A DNA stretch of 64,000 nt from assembly GCF_004010195.1 (NCBI RefSeq), contig NC_057756.1:4123603-4187602 (forward strand), given 5' to 3'. This DNA is from Chiloscyllium plagiosum (Eukaryota). Positions 53,626 to 64,000 of the stretch are shown here, piece by piece (the stretch's first letter is position 1; every line of letters starts with the position of its first letter). The notes beneath the pieces are model-generated. The model ran no database searches. It was not told the origin of the DNA and was given only the letters and a program-made list of their open reading frames with translations. A program made the translations under genes and the position numbers.

Positions 53626-54329
53626 AAATCCACAGCTTGGGTTCTGCGAGGCACACTGAGGTCCTGATCTCATTTTGTCTTTCATTCAAGCGTGCACAAA
53701 CAAGCAAATCCCAGAGCTAAGATGTGAATGACAGCATTTGACATCAAGGTCATGTTATCTTGATGAAGCAAATCCTGAGGTAATAGTTATCAGGGCCAAA
53801 ACATTCTCATAGTTGGAGCCATATTCAGAAACATAAGTAGGTTAGTTACCTCAACTTTAAGACATCTCTGCAATCGAACTGTTTTTACATGTATGAGACC
53901 CACATTTCGTCTGTTGCTTTAAAACTGACTTTAATTTAAAAACGGATTTAACTAAAAGGTCAAAGGTGAAGATGGTTAACAAATATTGCAAGTGTTGAAT
54001 GCAATTTGTGACCTTTGACACGAAAGCAGCTCATGTGCAACAATATCAATACCCAAATATATTCCGGCAGTGGTTTCAAAATTGTGAAATCACAATCGTC
54101 CTACACACGGGCCAGGTAAAAGCTATTTCCAACATCAGTGAATCAACACATTGCAAATACTTATTTAATTGTGTCATCCTCACAAAATCGCAAACTATCA
54201 AAAGTCTATATGTTAACTATTGTTCAGAAGTTGAACTGGAGAATCGATATCAACAGAGTGTCTGTGAGAGCAATCCGGAATCAATGAATTGTGCAGTATA
54301 TTAGTAATCCCTTCTTTCTGCAAAGCTTA

Positions 54330-54870
54330 TCCAACATGTATCAGGCGTAAATCAGGAGCATATTGGAATGCTGCCAATTAGCCTCAGTGAGTGAAGTTCC
54401 AAGATCACTCAAAAATCTTAACAATATCCAGGATTGGCAAGGCATCTATGTACATCCAATCTTTCCAGTACTGAAGCGCAGTGGCAGCAGTGTATACCAT
54501 CTGCACAGTGTACAGCAGAAATTCGGCTTGGCTCAGCTGTAAGGATCTTCTGAACAAACAATTAATTCAAACTAGAAAGTCAATTCGACCTGATATAAGC
54601 GAAAACCATCACTTGCATGTTATCCTCGTGGCACTTATCATATTTACTGTGAAATACCTGACAGGTCCTTCTGCGTCAAAGTTTTGGAACTTACCCTCAC
54701 GCCCTCCCACTGCCTCCACCTTCACCGCACTAGGGAACTATCTACAGAACAGCAACTACAGGGATTGAAGGAGACAGTTCACGACACATTCTCAGGGGAA
54801 TCTAGGAAAAAGCCGACATGTTTGTGCAGCCAGCATCTTCGAGAACCCATCAGTGAAAACATGATTAAAT
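54330..54870 (+). mobile_element. probable L2-type LINE 3' fragment
   Basis: gcgcagtggcagcagtgtataccatct and tcaaagttttggaacttaccctc resemble L2-type 3' ends; from recall only. Confidence 0.4.
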
Positions 54871-56174
54871 AAGTAAACACATAGTATAAATGATGTGAGC
54901 AAAAGTGTGCAAAATGTTATGGATTAGCCATGTTGCATTCAACACAAATACAGGTATCATGATGAATTAAAAATAGTCTTATTGAGGTCGTGTGTTCTCT
55001 TGTTTTTGACTAAAATATTTTAATTTGACAAGAATATAAATGCAGACACTAAAGTTCACCATAAAGCATGCAATCTGATTGAATTGAATTGAGTAGACGT
55101 TGTAGTTACTATTCTGTCAATATGTCTTTACTGTTGACCAGAAAAACGGTGGTTACTTTGTCCTTAATTGCAAAATGACGTATGTGCACTTAAAATGCCT
55201 TTTTGATGGCAGATGTTGTTGTCCTGCTTTTGAGACACGAATTTCACGTCCAATTCGTTTATAGGCCTTGATGATTTACGAAAACGCCCCCATTACAAAG
55301 TGAAATAGAATAATTTGCTCCTTCCAAGTCTTTAAGTATCATCTCATGGTAGGTGGTGGCAGTTTTAGTCATTCAAAACCGTCGATTTTCGAGCATTAGC
55401 ATTCATACCTCACTAACTACAAACAAGTGTAAATGTTAAAGTTCGCCAAGCAACACCACATTGAGGAACTGTGCCGAAACACTTTGGTTGTATGCTGCAT
55501 TAATTAGCTGAACACCAATTATATAAAATTGTTGCCAACACGATATTATACTGCATATGCCTGCAGTGATTTCTGAAACTGATATTTTATTGAATTTATA
55601 ATCAATATTAGGATATTGCAGATTGGTCCCACTGACAGAAACATAGAGAAAATAAAGCGAAGTTTTTTATTCGTGGAACAGCAAATAGGAGTCGATTTGC
55701 ATTTTGAATTAAATATTTCTGTACATTGAGGACCTAAATGAAGTATGAACAAACTCATGTGCACTTCAATAATGTGAGTCCTGATAAATACAAAACAGAT
55801 ATGTCCACAGATTTTAACACCAGAGACTGGTAATATCGGGTGTAGAATGTTATTCTATGCTTTATCTGGAATCGAATGGAGACCATGACTCTTAATTATT
55901 GCGCAAATGTGCAATACATTTTGTCAAAGTTAACAATATTTTATCGTTAAACATGCCTGAAGTAATGTTCTTCACAAAATAAAACCGGGAGACGGATGAA
56001 CATCAAGGGCAGTTGAATGGAATGACCGACTAACGTGTGAATTAATTGCAGAATTGGTCGAAAAAATCTGTTCAATCTGCTTTTGTTTCTTTGTCTGATA
56101 CAATCATAGTTCTTCACTATGAAGTAAATGTGGCTACGATCGATAAGTAACATTTTATGTAATCATCTTATTAG

Positions 56175-56210
56175 ATCTGAATAAGCTCCGAGAAGATCTA
56201 AGAAATAAAG
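56175..56210 (+). CDS. 36-nt phase-1 microexon 7 (DLNKLREDLRNK)
   Basis: aatcatcttattag|ATCTGAATAAGCTCCGAGAAGATCTAAGAAATAAAG|gtgaaa; resembles exon 3 (shared L..E.LRN pattern). Confidence 0.8.
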
Positions 56211-56598
56211 GTGAAAGACATTTCAGTGTTATTCATTCTGCAGTGGATTTTTTTAAATGGCATATATTATACGTGAAGTACAGAATTATCCATTAATTAA
56301 TTCCAAATAAAGAATGCATATTGAGCAGAATGAGCCTTTATTTCAAGTGACATATTTCATTTTTAATGAGAATATTTTTCATTCATAATTTTGTGAAAAA
56401 CCTGAGAACTCAGTTCTTTATCCAGCTGAATTTTTATTCAAGCCAACAAGCCATGATCTGCATATCAACAACATATCGTTACAATAGAGAAATTGTCAAG
56501 TAAAGTTTTGCCAGAGCCTCTTTATTTATTGAAATGCAACTTTTTTTCTCTCATCTGTGCGATAAGAAGACAATATTTCTCACATAATTTATTTTATA

Positions 56599-59275
56599 AC
56601 ATAGAACATAGAACATTACAGCGCAGTACATGCCCTTCGGCCCTCTATGTTGCGCATAACTGTCATACCAATCTGAAGCCCATCTAAACTATACCATTCC
56701 ATGTACTTGTCCATATGCTTGTCCAATGACGACTTAAATGTACTAAAAGTTGGCGAATCTAGTACCGTTGCAGGCAAAACATTCCATACCCTTACTACTC
56801 TCTGACTAAAGAAACTACCTCTGACATCTGTCCTATATCTATCACCCCTCAATTTAAAGCTATGCCCCCTCGTGCTCGACGTCACTATTCTTGGAAAAAG
56901 GCTCTCCCTGTCCACCCTATCTAACCCTCTGTTTATCTTATATGTCTCTATTAAATCACCTCTCAACCTTCTTCTCTCTGACGAAAACAGCCTCAAGTCC
57001 TCAGCCTTTCCTCATAAGACGTTCGCTCCATACCAGGCAAAATCCTAGTAAATCTCTTCTGCACCATTTCCAAAGCTTCCGCATCCTTCTTATAATGTGA
57101 TGACCTGAAATGTACACAATACACCAAATGCAGCCGCACTAGAGTTTTGTACAGCTGTAGCATTACCTCATGTTTCCGGAACCCGATCCCTCTATGAATA
57201 AAAGCTAAAACATTGTATGCATTCTTAACAACCCTGTCAACCTGAGTGGCAACTTTGAAGGATTTGAATACCTGGGCAACGAGATGTCTCTGCTCATCTA
57301 CACTACCAAGAATCTTACCATTAGCCCAGTACTTTGCATTCCGGTTACTCTGACCAAAGTGAATCACCTCACACTTGTCCGCATTAAACTCCATTTGCCA
57401 CCTCTCAGCCCAGCTCTGCAGCTTATCTATGTCTCTCTGTAACCAACAACATCGTTCGTCATTATCCACGACTCCACCAACCTTAGTGTCATCTGCAAAT
57501 TTATTAACTCACCCTTCTACGCCCTCATCCAGGTCATTTATAAAATGATGAACAGCAGTGGACCCAACACCGACCCTTGTAGTACAGCACTGGTAACTGG
57601 ACTCCAGGATGAACATTTCCCATCAACACCACCCTCTGTCTTCTTTCAATAAGCCATTTACTGATCCAAACTGCTATATCTCCTAAAATCCCATTTTGTA
57701 CAACAGCCTACTTTGGGGAACCTTATCGAACGCCTTGCTGAAATCCATATACACCATATCAACCGGTTTGCTCTCATCTACCTGTGTTGTCGCCTTCTCA
57801 AAGAACTCAATACGTTTTGTGAGGCACGACCTACCCTTCACAAAACCGTGCTGACTATCCCTAATCAAATTATTATTTTCTAGAGGATTATAAATCCTAT
57901 CTCTTATAACCTTTTCCAACATTTTTCCAAAAACTGAAGTGAGGTTCACTGATCTATAATTACCAGGATTGTCTCTATTCCCCTTCTTGAACAGGGGAAC
58001 TACATTTGCTATCCCCCAGTCTTCTCCCACTATTCCTGTAGACAGTGACGATTTAAAGATCAATGCCAAAGGCTCGACAATCTTCTCCCTGGCTTCCCAG
58101 AGGATCCTAGGATAAATCTCATCCGGCCCGAGGGACTTATCTATTTTCAGACTCTGCAGGATTTCTAATACCTCTTCCTTGTGAAGCTCAATCACACCTC
58201 TTCCAGTAGCTTGTATCTCAGTAATCTCCTCGACATCATTGTCGCTTTCTAGAGTGAACACTGTTGACAAATATTCATTTAGTGCTTCCCCTATCTCCTC
58301 TGACTCCACACAAACTTCCCAATACTATCCTTGATTGGCCCTAATCTTACTCTCGTCATTCTTGTATTCCTTAAATACCTATAGAAAGCCTTAGTGTTTA
58401 CCATGATCCTATCCGATAACAACTTCTCAAGTCTCCTCCTGGCTCTTCTAAGCTCTCTCTTTAGGTCTTTCCTGGCTACCTTGTAACCCTTTAGCGCCAG
58501 AACTGAGCGTTCAAATCTCATCCTAACATAAGCCTTCTTCTTCCTCTTGACCAGAGATTCCACTTCCTTCGTAAACCACGGCTCCCGTGCACTACAGCTG
58601 CCTCCCTGCCTGACAGTTACATACTTATCAAGGACACACAGTAGCTTTTCCTTGAATAAGCTCCACATTTCTAATGTGCTTATCCCCTGCAGTTTCCTTC
58701 TCCATCCTATGCTTCTTAAATCTTGCTTAATCGCATCGTAATTGTCTTTCCCCCAGCTGTAACTCTTGCCCAGTGGTATACACCTATCCCTTTCTATCAT
58801 TAAAGCAAACATAACAGAATTGTGATCGCTATCACCAAAGAGCTCACCTACTTGCAAGTCTAACACCTAGTCTGGCTCATTACCCAGTACCAAATCTAAT
58901 GTGGCTTCGCCCCTTGTGGGGCCTGTCTACATACTGTGTCAGGAGGCTCTCCTGCACACACTGGACAAAAACTGACCTATCTATAGTACTCGTACTATAG
59001 TGTTCCCAGTCAATATTTGGAGAGTTGAAGTCCCCCAGGTCAACTATCCTGTCTCTCTCACTCCGATCGAGAAATATCTTTCCTATCCTTTCCTCTTCAT
59101 CTCTGGAACTATTCGGAGGCCTTTAGAAAACTCCCAACACGGTGATCTCTCCTTTCCTGTTTCTAACTTCAGCCCATACTACCTCAGTTGACGAGTCCCC
59201 AAACATCCTTTCTGCAACTGTAATACTGTCCTTTACGAACAATGCCACACCTCCCCCAGTTTTACCATCTCCTCT
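56599..59275 (-). mobile_element. CR1 LINE ORF2 (EN to 3' tail) with few disablements
   Basis: FGDSDHNS, EPWFTKEV, QHGFVKGRSCLT, YMDFSKAFDKVP and RRLRGDLIETYK; tail acatagaacatagaaca is the reverse complement of (ttctatg)n. Confidence 0.95.
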
Positions 59276-60318
59276 CCTTTACCATCTTTTCATTGTGGAT
59301 TTGCCTCACCGCAAAGATGTCCTGTGTCTATGCAGTGTTTTTTTTGAGCCTGAGGAATTTTTAAAGTTTTTTTTCAGATATTGTAAATTTGAACCTAAAA
59401 TGAATACAGATGAAAAGTCACATCTAATAGATAGTTCACAATGATGGCGCTCAAACTGCCATGATTATCCTTTGATTATGTGAAGTAGAAAGAAATCAAT
59501 CAATTGTCCAGCGCACTGAAGGGGAGGCTACTTTACGATCGATTGCAATGAAACGCCTAACGTTTGTGGAGATATCATATTTTGTTCAGCAAATTTGTTT
59601 GCTTCTCTGTATCTACGTTTGTGGTGATTATAATCTTCATCACTGCTGTTTATTGTAGCAGTTAATTATCACTGCACTGGGTATGCCATAGCTTTTATCT
59701 GTCATCACAACGGGAACAATCAAAATAACATGTTATCTATGTCTATCTGCATCAGCGAAGATTCAATGCGTTTTAACAAAATATTTAAATATTCAAAGTG
59801 GATAAAATTAAATCAACTTCAAACTATATTATTGTCACTTGCTGGATAGGTGTTGTCACTGTGATGTGATCGATAGACCAGTAATTCATTGACCAAGATA
59901 ATATTCTGAGAAGACACGTTTTGATTCGTGCCAAAGCAGGCGGTAGAAGTTTAATTCCATTTTATGAAAAAAACGTCTAATTCTTCCAATTTCATCACTG
60001 CCGGTTAACAGAAGAGAGAGAGAAAAGGATCACTTATCGACTTCAGCGAAGGAACTTGCCCTAATTAGTCTGAGGAAGTTGTGACTCCAGACCAAAAACA
60101 ATGTGGTCTTCTCTGAAATGCTGACTGCGCAATAAGGAATGAGCAAATAATTCAGAAATGGACAGTGATGTCCGAATTCTGGATTAAAAAAAAAACAATT
60201 ATAACAGTTGAATAAAGAGGGTGACATTTTTTGCATTTATTTCAACAATAGAACATCGCTAACGTTAGAAAATTCACTGTCTTGAAAATAACTTATTCGT
60301 ACATATCATGCTTTTCAG

Positions 60319-60345
60319 ATGAGGAGCTAAACCGTTGTGACACTG
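60319..60345 (+). CDS. 27-nt phase-1 microexon 8 (DEELNRCDT)
   Basis: catgcttttcag|ATGAGGAGCTAAACCGTTGTGACACTG|gtaaat. Confidence 0.85.
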
Positions 60346-60463
60346 GTAAATTGTTTGGAATTGCTTCATGTTAGAACTTCAGTCCTTAAATATTCACACA
60401 TTGCTGTTTACTTCTCACAATTTTATAAATGTCTTTCATTTGCATTTTGTTCTTGGCTCACAG

Positions 60464-60490
60464 ATGCAGAATTGCTCAAGAAAAACAAAG
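60464..60490 (+). CDS. 27-nt phase-1 microexon 9 (DAELLKKNK)
   Basis: ttttgttcttggctcacag|ATGCAGAATTGCTCAAGAAAAACAAAG|gtaaca; 118-nt intron from exon 8. Confidence 0.85.
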
Positions 60491-61497
60491 GTAACAAACA
60501 CAGTCCTCATGCAAGTTTATCTGCATATTTCTGTATGTTACTTCGTGACAGCTCAGTGATAAACACTAATCAGATTATTATAGTTCCTGTTAGTTTCTGA
60601 GGCCAGCATTATAGAGAAGTGAACCTTGCACAGCATATCGAAAAGTAAGTTTTGAGATTGCAATACCTTTAACTCTCCCTGAAATCAACGATTCTGGCAT
60701 TTCAAATATAAGCAAAATCATTTCTGCTATATTCATACGAATACAGCTAAAACGTTCGTGAGCGTTGGGGCATCAAACAGATTGGCAGTTTAGGTCCTCA
60801 ACCCAGATGTAAATCTTCTTCTTCGCACCTCTCTATCATCTATTTTGATTCTTTCTCCTTTTTGATATCAATACATGAGTCATGTTACAAAATTTTGAAT
60901 TTATGCAAATTAGAATATACTCATTGCATTTCACACAATGACTTTTTAATGATTGATATAGAGCGTTTGAAACGCAGAATATAGGAGTAGGGTTGAACAC
61001 TCGGCCGATTAAGCCTACTCCTCTGTCAACATGATCAGGACAAATCATGCAACTCACGAACTCTTACCTGTTCTGTTACAATTTACTTTGATCACATTAG
61101 TTGAGACGATTTCATTCACATTTCCTTATGAAAGTGTTAACTTTTTGGGCTCAATAATTTCCTGTCTCCTCAACAATTCTACAGTACAACTCATTCTATT
61201 TTAAGAGATGTCGCCCGACGGATGTCCTTAAAAACATTTTCTGCCACTTATTGTTCCACAACTGATTTTGGTATGGAATGTAAAGTTATGAAGATTATCA
61301 TTCCTGCATAGGTCCTTGATGGTAACATGTGGGATATGCTGCAAAGGTCGAATTGTCGACATATGTTTCCACATTCCAGTCGTTTGCTCCAACGTAAGTT
61401 ATTAACACTAATGACAGACAAGCTAAACGTGTGAACAACATTTTTGGATGAATGTTTTTTATCCTTCTTTCTCTGCGCATTTTTTCCTACCTTTCAG

Positions 61498-61524
61498 AAC
61501 TACAAGATGCTTTGGAGAAATTAT
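61498..61524 (+). CDS. 27-nt phase-1 microexon 10 (ELQDALEKL)
   Basis: long pyrimidine tract ...tttttcctacctttcag|AACTACAAGATGCTTTGGAGAAATTAT|gtaaga. Confidence 0.85.
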
Positions 61525-61699
61525 GTAAGACATGCAGATTAAATGCATACATCTTATTAAATTAACATATTGCTCGATCTGGTGATACTTGACTGAGCAC
61601 AAACTCGATCAAATGTTGCAAGCGATTTCAACACACATATAAACACTAGAGTAGAAGTCACATGAGATGACTCTAAGGGATAAGATATATATCTCGCAC

Positions 61700-62897
61700 T
61701 CACAGTCACACACGGCTGACACGGTAAAAGTGGCAGACATCGTCTCTATGGATTTCTGTTTGGCCTTTGATAAGTTTCCGCATTATATGCTGCTCTGGAA
61801 GATGGGATTGCATGAAATCCAGGGCGAGCTGTCAAACTGGATACAAAAGTACTTGTTGGTCGGAAGCAAAGGGCAGTATTGTGCGTATCCTTGTCAGGTT
61901 GGAGGCCTGTGACCAGCAGACAGCCTCGGCGTTTGGTGCTGGGCTCATTACTGTTTGTTATCTGTATAAAAGATTTGACAAGGACAAGGCAAGATTAATA
62001 AGTTTGATAACAACACTAAAATAGGCGGTATAAGCGTATCAGAAATTGCTGCAGGAATTTGATCAGCTGGGTAAGTCAGCCGAAAAATGGAAATTGGAAT
62101 GTCATATAGATAAGTGTGATAAGTGTGCATTTAGAAAGTCAAACCAAAGTAAGATTTTTATGGTGAATGGTAGGGCCTCCGGGAGGGTAGTGGAACAGAG
62201 GAATCTTGGAGTTCGTGTTTCACTGTAATTGGATTCACAGATAGGTAGGGCAGTGAAGAAACGTTTTGGCACAGTCGCCTCCTGTGAGTATGGAAGTTGG
62301 AAAGTTATGTTGCATTTATTCAACACATTGACAAGGCCGCACTTGTTATATAGTACTCAGTTTTGCTCACCATATCATATGAAGAATATTATAAATCTGG
62401 AAAGTGAGCAGAAGAAATTTACAAGAATATCGCCTGGACTCAATGCTCTGAATTCTAGCGAGAATTTGATCAAGATAGTACATATTGTTTAGAGAGTAGG
62501 AGACAGAAAGTGAATGTTGTAGAAGTGTATAAGGTCGCTAGAGGTATGGATAGGGTGAAGGCACTCAGTCTTTTTTCTCAGGGTTAGGGAATTGAAGACT
62601 GAAGAACATCAGTTTATGGGTAGAGAACAAAGCATCAAAGTGAACCTGAGGAGTCATTTTTTTCCAAAGAAGGTGTGACACATATGGAATGAGCTGCCAG
62701 CGGAAATGGTTCTGGCCAGTGCGTTATAAAAATTTAAAAGGCGTTTGGACAAGAACATGAATAGAAAGTTTAGAAGGATATGAGCCAAATACCTGTAAAT
62801 AGCATTAGAATGGATGGACATTTTCATCGGCACAGGACAGGTTTGGGCCAAATGGTCCTTCTCTGTGCTGTGAGACTCTATGATTTTATGACTCTCT
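61700..62897 (+). mobile_element. degenerate CR1 RT/3' fragment
   Basis: ADIVSMDFCLAFDKFPH and LTRPHLLYSTQF; tail gactctatgattttatgactct. Confidence 0.85.
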
Positions 62898-63329
62898 AAC
62901 AATTAAAAAAAAAATTGAACTATGACTAACACCATTGTTGACCAAAAAGATAATTAGAAATTTCTGGGACCACTATTCTCGGTCCCTTTGTTCGAATATT
63001 CATTTTTTAAAAAAAGCTCATCTTGACATATACATCATCAGTAGCAATATATTTGAACACAAGACTTGTACACATTTTTTTATACCTTGCAACAAGTAAA
63101 TAAATCATTTGGCTGATCTTGTCGAAAGTAGAAACGGTGAATTAAAATCAGCTAGTTATTAATTCAGTGTGAGGAAACACTGTTGTCATTGAATATATGG
63201 AATCATAAAATTGAGATGACATAGTGTGTTAATGGCAAATATAAAGCATACCAGGTCGTTGGTATGCTCGTTGAGATGTTGGGTTTGTTTTCAGAAGTTT
63301 CGTCAACATGATAGGTAAAGTGATTAGTG

Positions 63330-64000
63330 AGTCTCTGGTAAAGTGTTCGTGATGTATCCCGTTTGCTTTTTATGTGTTATGGATTGCTGTCGTTGGTGAT
63401 ATTATTCTATCTCTGAGAGGTTAGGAAATGAGTTCCAATTCCAAATATTTGTTAATGACGTTCCAGTTTAAATGTCAGGCCAATACACCTTTTCATCTGC
63501 GTGTATGGATACCAGTGATGGTTCGTTATTCTTATCATCTTTATCAAACACGATAAACGAGAAGAAACGCACAGCCTCAGCAAATATTCAACCAGCTTAA
63601 AATTCACAAAATATAGAGAGACTAATAACTGATTCTCCTTCTTGCACGTCATGTCACAACCGTTTACAGGAAAGCCATAGGCATTGAAAACATACTGAAC
63701 TACAGAAACAACCATCCCGAGTACACAGCTACATCTGAACACTTTTTAAACGAGCCACAACATACTGCAGCACACCGCAACTATGAGAAGCGAGGATAAA
63801 CACCTATCAAACATATTCAGGAACAATGGCTTTCCGGGAAGCACAATCCAGCAAATTATGTACAAAAAACATAAACAGGATGACACAACATGCCCATAGA
63901 ATCGAGTCGACCTATGATACATAAAATACAATTCAGAGATTACCAACAAAGTAGACCAGCCACTGGGCATCGTGATAGTCCTCAAAATGCTACCACATTT
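63330..64000 (+). mobile_element. Penelope-like (Poseidon-like) fragment with a short inverted left part
   Basis: aaccatcccgagtacacagctac and atattcaggaacaatggctttcc parallel 20660-20800. Confidence 0.65.

Noticed and set aside
53691..53723. 33-nt phase-1 exon candidate (ACTNKQIPELR)
   Set aside because: It has a modest donor, an atypical length and a helix-breaking proline.
60615..60644. Segment ending in a strong donor aa|gtaagt
   Set aside because: Nearby acceptors give either a stop codon or a phase change.
1..64000. Prokaryotic systems (CRISPR array, retron, operons)
   Set aside because: No regularly spaced repeats or dense ORFs were seen, and all RT motifs belong to eukaryotic CR1, Rex1, Penelope or Gypsy elements.

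Overview
Repeat-rich vertebrate genomic DNA, most likely a cartilaginous fish (inferred from HE1-like tRNA-derived SINEs, CR1 LINEs with (TTCTATG)n tails, Penelope-like elements and Rex1/Babar). Most of the window is decayed retroelements: many CR1 fragments, three Gmr1-type Gypsy LTR retrotransposons with PR-IN-RT-RH order (one nested antisense in another), and Penelope-like elements with short hammerhead-ribozyme-bearing derivatives. No ORF in the supplied track corresponds to an intact host gene. The main result is a plus-strand gene the ORF track cannot see: ten symmetric phase-1 microexons (eight of 27 nt, two of 36 nt) spread over about 53 kb (8819-61524). They splice in frame to a 96-aa Cys-punctuated coiled coil whose heptad register runs across exon junctions. 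Its first and last exons were not found and probably lie outside the window; I cannot name the gene. All calls are by eye, and repeat boundaries are approximate.
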